Source: Nitrospira japonica (GTDB lineage Bacteria; Nitrospirota; Thermodesulfovibrionia; UBA6902). Taken from it: a stretch of 64,000 bases of DNA. The translations under genes were made by a program, and so were the position numbers. The notes under the pieces were generated by a model. The model ran no database searches, had not been told where the DNA came from, and worked only from the letters and a program-made list of their open reading frames with translations. How positions within the stretch are numbered: position 1 is the stretch's first letter; each line of letters opens with the position of its first letter. The stretch spans positions 1,395-65,394 of the forward strand of contig DYJL01000017.1 in NCBI GenBank assembly GCA_020723105.1, given 5' to 3'. Of the stretch, positions 1-11,377 are shown one piece after another.

Positions 1-1854
1 TTCTATTTCATCAAAAAGGATTACAGAATATGGTCTCCTGCGAACTATCTCTGTCAATTGCCCTCCCTCCTCATATCCGACATATCCGGGAGGCGCACCT
101 GTTAACCTGGATACATTAAATCTTTCCATATATTCCGACATATCAATTTTTACAAGCGCATTTTCATCGTTAAAAAGAAACTCTGTTAATGCCTTCGCAA
201 GTTCTGTCTTTCCGACACCGGTTGGACCAAGGAAGAAAAACGAACCAATAGGCCTTTTTCTGGCTTTTAATCCTGCACGTGATCTTCTGATGGCCTTAGA
301 AATAGATTTTACTGCTTCATCCTGGCCTACTATCCTCTTATGTAGATCATCTTCCATGCGGAGGAGTTTCTCCGATTCCTTTTCCTCAAGCTTGGCAAGG
401 GGAATACCTGTTATTTTCGACACAGTAAATGATATGTCATCCTCCGTAACAGTAGGCGTTTCTTTCTGCTGATTGTCACGCCAATTTTTATAAAGATTGT
501 CATACAACTTTTTTATCCTGTCTTCCTCACTCTTTACAGAAGCACCTTTTTCAAAATCATGAAGTTTTACATAAAGGTTCTTTTCCTTGTTAAGTCTTTT
601 TAATTCTTTCTCAAGTTCACGAAGTTCCGGAGGCATTGTATAACGTTTCAGTTTAATTCTTGCCCCTGTCTCATCCATAACATCAATTGCCTTGTCAGGT
701 AGAAATCTTTCCGCTATATATCTGTCTGAAAGATTAACACATGCTTTTACAGCTTCATTAGCTATCTTAACCTTGTGATGTAATTCATATCTATTTTTCA
801 AACCATTGAGTATTTTTACACTCTCATCCAATGTAGGCGGTTGTAAGTATATAGGCTGAAAACGTCTCTCAAAGGCTCCGTCTTTCTCAATGTACTTTCT
901 ATACTCATCGGGAGTAGTGGCACCTATACATTGAATCTCCCCTCTTGATAAAGCGGGTTTGAGCATATTTGAAGCATCTATTGAACCCTCTGCTGCCCCT
1001 GCACCAATGAGTGTATGCAGTTCATCAATAAAAAGTATTATATTATCGCACTGAGTTATTTCTTTCATTACAAGTTTCAGTCTTTCTTCAAACTGGCCCC
1101 TGTATTTAGTGCCGGCAATGAGAGCTCCAAGATCGAGGCTTACAATTCTTTTATCAATCAGATTTTCAGGGATATCTTCTGCAACTATTCTCTGCGCCAA
1201 TCCCTCTACTATTGCAGTTTTACCAACTCCGGACTCTCCTATTATTACAGGATTATTTTTTACCCTTCTCCCCAGGATTTGCAGCACTCTCTCAATCTCG
1301 CTCTCCCTTCCTATAACAGGGTCAAGCTTCCCCTCCCTCGCAAGTTGCGTTATATCCCGCCCAAATTCGTCAAGGGCAGGCGTATGGGTTTTCTTTTCTT
1401 TTGCTGCATGCTGTATTTTACGAGTAGACAGATTGATAGCAAGTTGTCTTACAGCAAGGAGATTAGCTCCAAGGCTTCTGAGTATCTTGCCCGCAATTCC
1501 GGATTCTTCCCTTATTAATCCAATAAGGAGATGTTCACTTCCAATATAACTGTGACCGAGCAATCTCGCTTCTTCCACAGCAAGCTCCAATACTTTTTTG
1601 GCTCTTGGAGTAAATGGTATATCACCGAAAGTAAGAATGTTGGAACCGGAAGGCAGATTTCTTTCAACTTCCATACGAAGTTCTTCTGCTGAGAGACCCA
1701 TTTTCTTAAGGATAATCATTGGAAGGCTTTCTTCTTCTCTCAGCAATCCAAGGAGTAAGTGTTCTGTCCCGAGATAATCATTCTGCCGTTTTTCGGCTTC
1801 TTCACGAGCACATATTATTACTTTTCTGCCTCTTTCAGTAAATTTCTCGAACAT
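1..1854 (-). CDS. clpC: ATP-dependent Clp protease ATP-binding subunit ClpC (3' end runs off window)
   Basis: Manual translation from the ATG at 1854 gives [36 protein letters not shown] (Clp-N repeats), Walker A GESGVGKT and a second [19 protein letters not shown]. Missing from the ORF track because it is open at the edge. Confidence 0.95.
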   Translation of the reverse strand, partial: MFEKFTERGRKVIICAREEAEKRQNDYLGTEHLLLGLLREEESLPMIILKKMGLSAEELRMEVERNLPSGSNILTFGDIPFTPRAKKVLELAVEEARLLGHSYIGSEHLLIGLIREESGIAGKILRSLGANLLAVRQLAINLSTRKIQHAAKEKKTHTPALDEFGRDITQLAREGKLDPVIGRESEIERVLQILGRRVKNNPVIIGESGVGKTAIVEGLAQRIVAEDIPENLIDKRIVSLDLGALIAGTKYRGQFEERLKLVMKEITQCDNIILFIDELHTLIGAGAAEGSIDASNMLKPALSRGEIQCIGATTPDEYRKYIEKDGAFERRFQPIYLQPPTLDESVKILNGLKNRYELHHKVKIANEAVKACVNLSDRYIAERFLPDKAIDVMDETGARIKLKRYTMPPELRELEKELKRLNKEKNLYVKLHDFEKGASVKSEEDRIKKLYDNLYKNWRDNQQKETPTVTEDDISFTVSKITGIPLAKLEEKESEKLLRMEDDLHKRIVGQDEAVKSISKAIRRSRAGLKARKRPIGSFFFLGPTGVGKTELAKALTEFLFNDENALVKIDMSEYMERFNVSRLTGAPPGYVGYEEGGQLTEIVRRRPYSVILFDEIE

Positions 1855-2029
1855 CTTTATTCCTTAAAATTAATATATCTTTTCCATGCCTTATTGTCAA
1901 GGTAACCAAACGGTCATTTCATATAGATTTTTATTGAAGTTATAGGGGAACTCCAGAAAAGCTACTTTGTAATCTGTAAAAATATGGGACTCCAAGAAAG
2001 AATAAGGGATGGGAAACCTTCAGTAATTT

Positions 2030-2494
2030 TTAAGTTTTTTTCCGATTGTAAACAACATCCTTAATTTCCTGCATAAATTCTTTTATGTCTTTAAATTGTC
2101 TATATACTGAAGCAAATCTGACGTACGCAACTTCATCAATTTCCTTAAGACCATTCATTATTTGTTCTCCGATAAGAGAACTGGATATTTCTCTCTCTCC
2201 TGATCCTAAAAGATTTTTTTCAATTCTCTTTACTAATGCTTCCCGTGCTTCAACACTTACAGGCCTTTTCTCGCAGGCCTTTTCAAGACCCTGAAGAATT
2301 TTCAGCCTGTCAAAAGGTTCTCTTCTGCTATCCTTTTTAATAACATGAGGCATAATATTTTCGATTCTCTCATAACTTGTAAAACGTCCCTCGCATTTCA
2401 AACATTCCCGTCTGCGTCTTATAATGTCGCCTTCTTTACTCTGTCTTGAGTCAATAACTTTGTCTTCAATATTTCCACAGAAAGGACATTTCAT
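2030..2494 (-). CDS. nrdR: Transcriptional repressor NrdR
   Basis: [30 protein letters not shown] zinc ribbon plus ATP-cone ending [10 protein letters not shown]. Confidence 0.97.
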   Translation of the reverse strand: MKCPFCGNIEDKVIDSRQSKEGDIIRRRRECLKCEGRFTSYERIENIMPHVIKKDSRREPFDRLKILQGLEKACEKRPVSVEAREALVKRIEKNLLGSGEREISSSLIGEQIMNGLKEIDEVAYVRFASVYRQFKDIKEFMQEIKDVVYNRKKT

Positions 2495-2512
2495 CTTAAT
2501 ATTGTAAATTTC

Positions 2513-3766
2513 TTAAGCTTCCACTTCCTCATACACAGGATATTTCCTGCATAAAGCCCTAACCTTTTCTTTAACATGAGCAATAACCGAAGCATCCTGG
2601 TGATTATGCAGTACTTTTGAAATAAGATCTGCAATAACTACCATCTCAGGCTCTTTCATCTTTCTGCTTGTAACTATTGGCGTACCGATTCTTATACCAC
2701 TTGTTATTGTAGCAGGCAAGGTATCATGTGGTATAGAATTTTTATTCACTGTAATACCAGCCAAATCAAGCGCTACTTCAGCATCTTTACCGGTAATATT
2801 TCTGTCAGTGAGATCTACAAGCATAAGATGGGTATCCGTGCCGCCTGATATTATTTTAAAACCTTTATTTGTAAGAGTGTCGGATAGTTCTTTTGCATTT
2901 TTAATAATCTGAAGCTGATAATGTTTAAATTCTTCTGTCATGGCTTCTTTAAAGGCCACTGCCTTTGCAGCAATGACATGCATAAGAGGCCCGCCCTGCA
3001 ATCCAGGGAAGACCATTTTGTCAACGACCTTAGCATATTCTGCCCTGCACATTATCATTCCGCCACGGGGACCTCTAAGAGTCTTATGAGTAGTAGTAGT
3101 AACAAAATCTGCATGGGGTACAGGTGAGGGATGATTGCCTGTTGCAATAAGTCCTGCAATATGGGCTATATCTGCAAGAAAATATGCATTGACCTCTTTT
3201 GCTATTTCAGACAGAATTTTGAAATCAATAATCCTTGAATATGCGCTTGCACCTGCTAACAGCATTTTAGGTTTATGTTTTTTGGCAAGCTTTCTGACCT
3301 CGTCATAATCAATTAAACCTGTCTTTTTATCAACTCCATAAAAATACGTCTTGTAAATCATCCCTGAGAAGTTTATCTGGAAACCATGGGACAAATGCCC
3401 GCCGTGACTCAGGCTCAAACCAAGTATCTTGTCCTTCGGTTTTAATACCGAAAAATATACAGCCATATTTGCCTGAGTACCTGAATGCGGCTGAACATTA
3501 ATATGCTCGACACCGAAAAGTTCCTTTGCTCTTTTAATAGCAAGGGACTCCACAATATCAGCGTACTCACACCCTCCATAATATCGTCTACCGGGATATC
3601 CTTCCGCATATTTATTGGTAAATACAGAACCCTGGGCCTCAAGCACCGCCCTGCTTGCATAGTTTTCTGATGCTATAAGAACAATGTTTTCTCGTTCGCG
3701 TTTGATCTCTTCTACAACTGCGCTATAAATTTCTGGATCACTCTTTTTAAGTTCAACTGTTTTCAT
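2513..3766 (-). CDS. glyA: Serine hydroxymethyltransferase
   Basis: [22 protein letters not shown] and the PLP motif [14 protein letters not shown]. Confidence 0.98.
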   Translation of the reverse strand: MKTVELKKSDPEIYSAVVEEIKRERENIVLIASENYASRAVLEAQGSVFTNKYAEGYPGRRYYGGCEYADIVESLAIKRAKELFGVEHINVQPHSGTQANMAVYFSVLKPKDKILGLSLSHGGHLSHGFQINFSGMIYKTYFYGVDKKTGLIDYDEVRKLAKKHKPKMLLAGASAYSRIIDFKILSEIAKEVNAYFLADIAHIAGLIATGNHPSPVPHADFVTTTTHKTLRGPRGGMIMCRAEYAKVVDKMVFPGLQGGPLMHVIAAKAVAFKEAMTEEFKHYQLQIIKNAKELSDTLTNKGFKIISGGTDTHLMLVDLTDRNITGKDAEVALDLAGITVNKNSIPHDTLPATITSGIRIGTPIVTSRKMKEPEMVVIADLISKVLHNHQDASVIAHVKEKVRALCRKYPVYEEVEA

Positions 3767-4212
3767 TTACACAGCCTCGCTTCTATCGCCTGTATTTTAT
3801 TAAGCCTTCCCTGATGACGTCCGCCTTCAAAAGAAGTTGTAAACCAAACCCTTACAATTTCTGCTGCCGTTTGACTGTTTATAATTCTTCCTGGCAATAC
3901 CAACACATTGGCATCATTGTGAAGTCTGCTCATTTTTGCAGAGTATGTTTCACTGCATAAAGCAGCCCTCACACCTGCAAATTTATTGGCAACGATTGAC
4001 ATGCCGATACCTGTGCCGCATATAAGGATCCCTCTGTCCACTTTACCTGTTGACACCAATTCTGATACTCTTTCACCAAAATCAGGATAATCAACAGATT
4101 CCTCAGTGGTTGTGCCAACATCCTCCCATGCTATATTAAGTTCTTTCAGAACAGGGGTTATTTCATTCTTTAATGCTACTCCTGCGTGATCGCAACCTAC
4201 TACTATCTTCAT
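3763..4212 (-). CDS. rpiB: Ribose-5-phosphate isomerase B
   Basis: [39 protein letters not shown]. Confidence 0.97.
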   Translation of the reverse strand: MKIVVGCDHAGVALKNEITPVLKELNIAWEDVGTTTEESVDYPDFGERVSELVSTGKVDRGILICGTGIGMSIVANKFAGVRAALCSETYSAKMSRLHNDANVLVLPGRIINSQTAAEIVRVWFTTSFEGGRHQGRLNKIQAIEARLCK

Positions 4213-4314
4213 AAGACCCCCGGGGAATATAGAGTTATAAAAAGTAAATTATATTATCAGCCTTCTATGTGTAAGTCAAGAATAAGAAATGCAAAAGTTT
4301 GTTATAATCCACGT

Positions 4315-4905
4315 ATGCCGACAATAGGCCTGACAGGTAATTTCGGGATGGGTAAAACTACTGTTTTATCCCTGTTTAAAAAATCAGGCGCATATATTTT
4401 TAATATTGATGAATTCGTTCATAAAATTCTGACTAAACCTGCAACAATAAGAAAAATCACCAGAGCACTTGGTGATAATATTCTGATAACACGTCCGAAA
4501 TTATCAATAAACAAAGCTCGTGTCGCAAGACTAATCTTTAGCGATTCAAAAAAACGAAGAGCCGTTGAAAATATAATCCACCCTCAAGTGCTCAAGGTCA
4601 TCGGGACAGCCATGTCTAATATATTAAAGAAGAATCCTTCCGCATTGATCATATTTGAAATTCCGCTCCTGTTTGAGGCCGGATATGAAAATCTCTTTGA
4701 TAAAACTATTGTGGTATATTGCAAAAAAAATACAGCTATAAACAGACTCGTTAGAAGAGGTTTTTCGAAAAGTGAGGCACTAAAAAGAATGCGCACTCAA
4801 ATGCCGATAACAAAGAAAAAAAGACTTGCAGATTTTGTGATAGATAATAACAGATATATTGGCAACACGGAAATGCAGGTTAAAAATCTTTTCAAAGAAT
4901 TATAA
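4315..4905 (+). CDS. coaE: Dephospho-CoA kinase
   Basis: IGLTGNFGMGKTTV P-loop, IIHPQV, EIPLLFEAG, ADFVIDNN; start trimmed to MPTIGLTG. Confidence 0.93.
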   Translation: MPTIGLTGNFGMGKTTVLSLFKKSGAYIFNIDEFVHKILTKPATIRKITRALGDNILITRPKLSINKARVARLIFSDSKKRRAVENIIHPQVLKVIGTAMSNILKKNPSALIIFEIPLLFEAGYENLFDKTIVVYCKKNTAINRLVRRGFSKSEALKRMRTQMPITKKKRLADFVIDNNRYIGNTEMQVKNLFKEL

Positions 4906-5084
4906 ATATATGCATTATTATTTATTCTATCTTCTGCCGGTTCTTGACGTCTCAATTTACTGCCTTAACGCAGCAACCCATTGATAATTCAACTGAAACA
5001 TAAAATCAAAGCATGAGTGAAATTGACTATTGCCAGTTTCATCTTGTAGTATTTTTTATTATATTTTAATTTGACGGAGGAACT

Positions 5085-6341
5085 GTGACCATTACTGAAA
5101 AAATTCTTGCAGCGCATTGCGGCAAAAAAGAGGTAGCTCCCGGAGAATTGATAAACGCAAAAATTGACCTCATTCTGGCAAATGATATAACTGCGCCTAT
5201 TGCTATTACTGAATTTAAAAAAATCGGCGCTAAAGACGTATTTGATAAAGACAGAGTCGCTTTCATCCCGGACCATTTTGCGCCACAGAAAGATATTAAG
5301 GCAGCAGAGCAGTGTAAGATGCTCAGGGATTTTTCAAAGGAATACGATCTCAGCCTGTATTTTGAAGTAGGAAGAATGGGTGTTGAACATGCTCTCCTTC
5401 CGGAACAGGGAATTGTCGTACCAGGGGATCTGGTAATTGGCGCAGACAGTCATACCTGCACCTACGGTGGACTGGGCGCCTTTGCAACAGGAGTGGGTTC
5501 AACTGATGTTGCATCTGCTATGGCAACTGGTGAATGCTGGTTCAAAGTGCCTGAGTCCATGAAATTTATTTATTACGGCAAACTGAACAGATGGATCAGT
5601 GGAAAAGATTTAATCCTCCACACGATCGGCGATATTGGTGTTGACGGAGCATTGTACCGGGCCATGGAATTTACAGGCGAAGCTATAGGATCGCTTCCAA
5701 TGTATGCAAGACTCACCATGTGCAATATGGCAATTGAAGCTGGAGGGAAAAACGGCATCATAACCCCTGATGATATTACAGAACAATATGTAAAAGGCCG
5801 GGCCCAAAGGGAATATAAATTTTATTCATCCGATAATAATGCTAAATATACCGAGGTAAGAGAGTATGACTGTTCAAAAATTCCTTTAACTGTATCCTGC
5901 CCTCACCTCCCTTCAAATACAAAGCCTGTGGCAGAGCTTTCCTCGATAAGCATTGATCAGGTTGTTATTGGTTCATGCACAAACGGCAGGATCGAAGACC
6001 TGAGAGAAGCAGCAGAGGTGATAAAGGGAAAAAAGGTAAATTCAAATGTAAGGATGATCGTCATTCCGGCAACTCAGCAGATTTATTTACAGGCAGTAAA
6101 GGAGGGGCTGGCTGAGATATTCGTGAATGCTGAAGCGGTTTTTTCAACTCCAACATGCGGGCCCTGCCTGGGCGGGCATATGGGGATACTCGCAAAAGGC
6201 GAAAGAGCCATTGCTACAACAAACAGGAATTTTGTCGGAAGAATGGGACATCCGGAAAGTGAAGTTTATCTTTCCAACCCGGCAGTTGCAGCAGCTTCTG
6301 CAGTCATGGGAAGGATTGCGCACCCTAAAGAAATACTTTAA
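5085..6341 (+). CDS. leuC: 3-isopropylmalate dehydratase large subunit
   Basis: [46 protein letters not shown]; GGAGG RBS before the GTG. Confidence 0.95.
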   Translation: MTITEKILAAHCGKKEVAPGELINAKIDLILANDITAPIAITEFKKIGAKDVFDKDRVAFIPDHFAPQKDIKAAEQCKMLRDFSKEYDLSLYFEVGRMGVEHALLPEQGIVVPGDLVIGADSHTCTYGGLGAFATGVGSTDVASAMATGECWFKVPESMKFIYYGKLNRWISGKDLILHTIGDIGVDGALYRAMEFTGEAIGSLPMYARLTMCNMAIEAGGKNGIITPDDITEQYVKGRAQREYKFYSSDNNAKYTEVREYDCSKIPLTVSCPHLPSNTKPVAELSSISIDQVVIGSCTNGRIEDLREAAEVIKGKKVNSNVRMIVIPATQQIYLQAVKEGLAEIFVNAEAVFSTPTCGPCLGGHMGILAKGERAIATTNRNFVGRMGHPESEVYLSNPAVAAASAVMGRIAHPKEIL

Positions 6342-6357
6342 GTAAAAGGGGACACTT

Positions 6358-7365
6358 ATGAAATATAACGAAGACCTTTTAAACAAAATCCATTTTATTA
6401 TGGAAAGGATAGTGGTATTTGATGGTATTGATGAAGTGCTGGATCATATTGTAAAAAACGCCGTAGCGCTTACCCGTGCAGAGGCAGGCACATTGAGAAC
6501 TTTTGATATTACAACCGGGAAACTGGGCATTAAGGCAAGCTTTGGTTTATCGAAGGGGTTTTTAAGCCAGGCTCCATTAAGAATAGGTGAAGGTATAATA
6601 GGAAAAGTTGTGAAAGACGGTAAACCATTCATGACTTCTGATTTACTTAACGTAACGGATTGCGTTCATAAAAAACTGGCCCAGAAAGAGGGAATAAATT
6701 CCATCTTGTCAGTGCCCCTTAAAAGTTCAAACAAAGCTATCGGATGCATAACAGTTTACCGAAAAGCCAGGGAGAAATTTACAAACTCCGAACTTCTGCT
6801 TCTGAATATATTTGCTTCCCAGTCTACAGAAGCCATTGAAAAACTGAAGCTGCTGGACGACTTAAAAAGGCAGGCTTCTTTTGACTCCTTACTGGATATA
6901 TATAACAGAGGTTTTCTTTTGACGAGGCTCGAAGAAGAAATCAAGAGGGCTTCAAGACATGATCTTATTTTCACTGCTATCTTTATAGATATAGACGATT
7001 TTAAAAAATTTAATGATACACACGGACATCTTTTAGGAGATAAATTGTTAGTCGATCTTACAAAACTTATTAAAAGTAAATTGAGAAAAAATGACATAAT
7101 CGGCAGATACGGGGGAGAAGAAATTGTCATCATAGCTCCTGAAACTGACAAGAAAGGCGGAACAAGTTTAATTAAAAAAATATTGAAATCGGTAAACCAT
7201 CACAGTTTCACGGGCAGCAATGGAGATATAAGAAAAATAGGTTTTTGTGCAGGGGTGTCTGCATACCCTGAAGATGGCAAGACTGCAAAAGAGATTATTG
7301 GAAAAGCCGACCAGGCTATGTATAAAGCAAAAAAGGACGGAAAAAATAAAGTTGTAATTTCCTGA
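6358..7365 (+). CDS. GAF-domain diguanylate cyclase
   Basis: N-terminal GAF ([22 protein letters not shown]); GGDEF domain [32 protein letters not shown]. Confidence 0.9.
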   Translation: MKYNEDLLNKIHFIMERIVVFDGIDEVLDHIVKNAVALTRAEAGTLRTFDITTGKLGIKASFGLSKGFLSQAPLRIGEGIIGKVVKDGKPFMTSDLLNVTDCVHKKLAQKEGINSILSVPLKSSNKAIGCITVYRKAREKFTNSELLLLNIFASQSTEAIEKLKLLDDLKRQASFDSLLDIYNRGFLLTRLEEEIKRASRHDLIFTAIFIDIDDFKKFNDTHGHLLGDKLLVDLTKLIKSKLRKNDIIGRYGGEEIVIIAPETDKKGGTSLIKKILKSVNHHSFTGSNGDIRKIGFCAGVSAYPEDGKTAKEIIGKADQAMYKAKKDGKNKVVIS

Positions 7366-7390
7366 TAATAACGAAGGAGGCTTGATTAAA

Positions 7391-7888
7391 TTGAAACTAA
7401 AAGGCAGAGTCTGGAAATTTGGAGATAATGTTGATACTGATGCAATAATCCCGGCGCGTTATTTAAATACATCAGACCCAAAGGAACTTGCTAAACATGT
7501 AATGGAAGATGCGGACCCAAATTTCCCATCAAAAATAAACGCAGGAGATATAATAATCGCAGGAGCCAATTTTGGCTGCGGCTCTTCAAGGGAACACGCA
7601 CCTATTGCAATAAAGGCTGCGGGCCTTCAAGCCGTAATTGCAAAAAGCTTTGCAAGAATATTTTATAGAAATGCATTCAATATCGGGCTTCCTATCTTCG
7701 AGTCAGAAGACGCATCCAAAAAAATCGCCGAAGGAGACGAAATAGAGATAGATGCAGATAAGGGTAAAATAAGAAATATCTCAAAAGGCGAAGACTATAC
7801 CGCAAAACCTATCCCCCCGTTCATGCAGGAACTGATCTCTGCAGGAGGACTGATTGAATGGACCAGAAAACGTCTAAAAGCTTCGTAG
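7391..7888 (+). CDS. leuD: 3-isopropylmalate dehydratase small subunit
   Basis: [36 protein letters not shown]; AAGGAGG at 7374-7380 favours the TTG at 7391. Confidence 0.95.
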   Translation: MKLKGRVWKFGDNVDTDAIIPARYLNTSDPKELAKHVMEDADPNFPSKINAGDIIIAGANFGCGSSREHAPIAIKAAGLQAVIAKSFARIFYRNAFNIGLPIFESEDASKKIAEGDEIEIDADKGKIRNISKGEDYTAKPIPPFMQELISAGGLIEWTRKRLKAS

Positions 7889-7900
7889 CCAGAACTGCCA

Positions 7901-9607
7901 ATGTTGGTTGAAAAAAGACAAATAAAAAGATCTGATGCATTTCTTGTTGTAGAATTCAGACCCCACGGTAAAACAACAGAATATTCACTTGGTGTAACAA
8001 GTAATATTTCTCACGAAGGTTTCAGTCTGGACTCACAGGTTTTTGATTTTAAACCCGGGGAGACCCTGGAATTCAGATTAAAACATCCTTATAGCAACCT
8101 GTCTGTTTCTGCAACAGGAAGAATAATCTGGAAAAAAGATTCCTGGTACAACTCTTTAACAGGGATAAAATTCATTGATATGGACGAGGAGGCTAAAACC
8201 AGAATAACAAACCTCATCCATATGGAGCAGAATAAACCTTCTGCGTTATCTCTTAACAAAGATACCGATATCTCCATGACGCAGGAGGATAAAGAATCAT
8301 CTTCAACTATAACTATTAAAGAAGAGCCCTCCCCCTGGATGCCTCCTGATAATGGACAAACGGACCCCGAGGAAATTCATGCTGCACCTGAAAAGAAAAA
8401 AAATATAAACCGTTTATACATTACAACAGTTACGATTGCTGTCATTATTTTAACTGCTACCTTTTACCTGATACTCAACGATTCCAAAGAAGAGAAAAAA
8501 AATGATATTCCTCCGTCTGTCAGTTCAGTTTCTCCCCAACAAACAGACAGGGGCCATTCCCTGGCAGATAACGATGAGACAAAGACTGACTCGCTGCCGG
8601 CACAGGAATTAACTGAGTCAGTTCAAACACAGACTGTGCTGGTGCAAGGAGATAAAAAAGAAAGTTCAGAGCAACCTGCTGTAAATCCAATTAAAAATAA
8701 ACAGCTATCTTCTGCAATTAATATACAAAACAGGCCCTCTATCTCACAGGAAATACCAAAGTCAGAAACATTTCCAGTGTCAGACTCTAAAGGTGAAATT
8801 GCAAAAAAAACCGGTAAAAGTGATTCGACTTCACTGGAAACAACTCTCAATATTCCTGAGAAGACAGAAGAAGAAATCAAACAAAGTTCCGACTCTAAAA
8901 CGATAACAACTACGGAAATAAAAGAGCAGTCAAGGCCCGAGGCCCCTTCCATGCTCAGAAACATTCCGGCAAATCAGGATGTTGAACTTCAAAAAATTCA
9001 GATTCAAAATACCCAGACCCCGCAAAACCGTTCGATATTATTTGAGGAATCATTCAACAGTAATTCTAACAATTGGGAAATATTTAATACTAATATGGCT
9101 TCAGCACAAATAAAAAACGGCGAATACCGGATTGAAAACAAGAGGAAAAAAGGTCCGCACATTATATTCGCCCGCCAGACCCTTCCGTCTGATTCGGACT
9201 TTGTAACAGAAGCTTCAATAAAGACTGAAAGAAACGCAAGTAATTATTCTTATGGCTTGGTTGTTAAAAACTCGGATAACCGTTCTTACGGCCTGGTTAC
9301 GGGCGCCAAAGATACCCTGAATAACTATGCCTTTAAGATTAAAGAAGACGGCTCCTATTCAATTACGAGATCTCATAACGGCACTTCACAGGAGATTGCC
9401 GGTGGAAATGTTAGAAATTCTGGCCTCAATCAAAATGCAGTAAACACTTTAAAGATTGTAAGGCAAGGCAATAATATGAAATTCTATATTAACGATAACT
9501 TTATCCATGAAATTTCAAATTTATCTTTTTTTGGAAATAAAACAGGCTTTATCGTTGAGGGAGAATCCAAGATTGCTGTTGAAAAAATACGTACAGAAAC
9601 CCAATAA
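7901..9607 (+). CDS. PilZ-domain bitopic membrane protein with a long S/E/K/T/P-rich linker and a C-terminal beta-rich extracytoplasmic domain
   Basis: RQIKR (RxxxR) and NISHEG (D/NxSxxG) PilZ motifs; one hydrophobic helix LYITTVTIAVIILTATFYLIL; C-terminal LFEESFNSNSNNW..YGLV..NTLKIVRQG..FYIND resembles a ConA/DUF1080-like fold. Confidence 0.75.
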   Translation: MLVEKRQIKRSDAFLVVEFRPHGKTTEYSLGVTSNISHEGFSLDSQVFDFKPGETLEFRLKHPYSNLSVSATGRIIWKKDSWYNSLTGIKFIDMDEEAKTRITNLIHMEQNKPSALSLNKDTDISMTQEDKESSSTITIKEEPSPWMPPDNGQTDPEEIHAAPEKKKNINRLYITTVTIAVIILTATFYLILNDSKEEKKNDIPPSVSSVSPQQTDRGHSLADNDETKTDSLPAQELTESVQTQTVLVQGDKKESSEQPAVNPIKNKQLSSAINIQNRPSISQEIPKSETFPVSDSKGEIAKKTGKSDSTSLETTLNIPEKTEEEIKQSSDSKTITTTEIKEQSRPEAPSMLRNIPANQDVELQKIQIQNTQTPQNRSILFEESFNSNSNNWEIFNTNMASAQIKNGEYRIENKRKKGPHIIFARQTLPSDSDFVTEASIKTERNASNYSYGLVVKNSDNRSYGLVTGAKDTLNNYAFKIKEDGSYSITRSHNGTSQEIAGGNVRNSGLNQNAVNTLKIVRQGNNMKFYINDNFIHEISNLSFFGNKTGFIVEGESKIAVEKIRTETQ

Positions 9608-9611
9608 CATC

Positions 9612-10289
9612 ATGAAATACTTAAGATCACTGATTGCAATAGTTCTAATACTCAGCCTCTATAACTGCTCTACCATGAGTGTTAATAAGCAGGTAACCAG
9701 TCTTTCAGCAATCACAGCAAACAAAACCTACCAACTCAGGGTGCGCTCAGGGAATATATACTTGGACAAAATTATTCATGAATATGCCTCAACCGGATTC
9801 GGACCTTATCTGCAAATGTCCAGCAAGAAGATTCCTAACAGTCTTATCGAAATAGTTTTTACAGGCACATCCAAACATGGAGACGCAGGTTATACAACAA
9901 ATGTCCTGTATGGAGATACCTGGTACACTGCCGATGATAATTCAGGCATAAAAAGTTACAACCCGATGGCAGAAACAGAAATCAGTCCCGGCAGGATATT
10001 ATCATCTCAGCAAAGTACCATGATTGTGACTCTTAAAGATCTTGAAGGCAAAATTTTATGGGGTGCACACTATAACTACAAAGGCGCTTACGAGGTTTCC
10101 GGCTTGTATACAAAAACGGCTGATGAAGCTGTCAGGCTTTCTCTTGACAGAATTCTCCAGCAGTTTGAAAAGGATTTTATAATAATCCCGGAACCCGGGA
10201 ACAAAACGCAGAATAAAAAACCTACTATCGCCCTTATTGTAGAAAAGCAAAAATCTCCGGCACCTCAAACAAGTCTTCCTCATGATTGA
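9612..10289 (+). CDS. Putative lipoprotein of unknown function
   Basis: MKYLRSLIAIVLILSLYNC signal peptide ending in a lipobox-like Cys. Confidence 0.6.
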   Translation: MKYLRSLIAIVLILSLYNCSTMSVNKQVTSLSAITANKTYQLRVRSGNIYLDKIIHEYASTGFGPYLQMSSKKIPNSLIEIVFTGTSKHGDAGYTTNVLYGDTWYTADDNSGIKSYNPMAETEISPGRILSSQQSTMIVTLKDLEGKILWGAHYNYKGAYEVSGLYTKTADEAVRLSLDRILQQFEKDFIIIPEPGNKTQNKKPTIALIVEKQKSPAPQTSLPHD

Positions 10290-10357
10290 ATCGCCCAGCA
10301 GATTTTGATAGAATTGAACAAAAATTAAAACCTTAACTGTAATAATCAAATCTGAAT

Positions 10358-11377
10358 TTGTCATACAACAATAAAAATACCATAGGGGTCCTTTTGCTGA
10401 ACATGGGAGGTCCCGATTCTCTTCATGCTGTAAGACCTTTCCTGTATAATCTTTTTTCAGACAGGGACATTATCAGACTCGGACCGTCCTTCATGCAAAG
10501 ACCTATGGCATGGCTTATCTCAAGTTTTCGTTCAGGGAAAACCGAACAGATGTACGAGCAAATTGGTGGAAAATCACCAATACTTGATATCACTACTGCC
10601 CAGGCAGAGGCCCTGGAGAAAGAACTGAACAGTTGCAGTTTGCAAGTCCCAGGTTCCAGGCTGTTCAAAGTCTATGTAGGGATGCGCTACTGGCATCCTT
10701 TTATTAAAAATACCGTAGATAAAATTATCCGGGATGACATTAAAGATCTCATGGTCCTTAGCCTATATCCTCATTATTCAAAGGCTACAACAGGATCAGC
10801 AATCGCCGATTTTAAAAAGGCGATTACTGAATTTCAAATTTCAAATTTCAAATTTCAAATTCATTATATTGATCGCTGGTATGATTTTTCTCCCTATATA
10901 GATGCTCTCTCTGCAATTATTGCTGAAGGGATATCAGAATTCAAAGGTGAAAGTTTTGATTTGCTTTACAGCGCGCACAGCTTGCCAAAGTCGTTTATTG
11001 ACGAAGGAGATCCATATCTGGACCACATTAAAGCTACAATCGCAGCGGTTAACTCATCCCTTGTCACTCGTTACTCATTGCTTTTCAATTGGCACCTCTC
11101 TTTTCAAAGCAAGACAGGGCCGGTTAAATGGTTAGAGCCCTCAACAGAGGAAACAATTAAAACCCTTGCACACTCAGACTGTAAGAATTTGTTCGTTGTG
11201 CCAATCAGCTTCGTATCAGACCACATTGAAACACTATACGAAATAGATATTCTCTATAAAAAATTAGCGGAAGAATATGGGGTAAATCTAAAAAGATGCA
11301 AAGCCTTTAATACTGACAGTAAATTTATCCTTGCAATAAAAGACTTAATTCAGAACAGGCTTAAGGGGGTAAAATGA
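10358..11377 (+). CDS. hemH: Ferrochelatase
   Basis: LLLNMGGPDS, GMRYWHP, LYPHYSKATTGS, SAHSLP, WLEPST, FVSDHIETLYEID. Confidence 0.95.
   Translation: MSYNNKNTIGVLLLNMGGPDSLHAVRPFLYNLFSDRDIIRLGPSFMQRPMAWLISSFRSGKTEQMYEQIGGKSPILDITTAQAEALEKELNSCSLQVPGSRLFKVYVGMRYWHPFIKNTVDKIIRDDIKDLMVLSLYPHYSKATTGSAIADFKKAITEFQISNFKFQIHYIDRWYDFSPYIDALSAIIAEGISEFKGESFDLLYSAHSLPKSFIDEGDPYLDHIKATIAAVNSSLVTRYSLLFNWHLSFQSKTGPVKWLEPSTEETIKTLAHSDCKNLFVVPISFVSDHIETLYEIDILYKKLAEEYGVNLKRCKAFNTDSKFILAIKDLIQNRLKGVK

Noticed and set aside
290-1549. Plus-strand ORFs over clpC, and the many short ORFs antisense to other long genes including napA
   Set aside because: They are shadow frames of well-supported genes, with no motifs or RBS.
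6358-7365. Possible Hypr-type (cGAMP-making) GGDEF enzyme
   Set aside because: The specificity position is the canonical Asp (GHLLGD), not Ser; the same holds for the other two cyclases.
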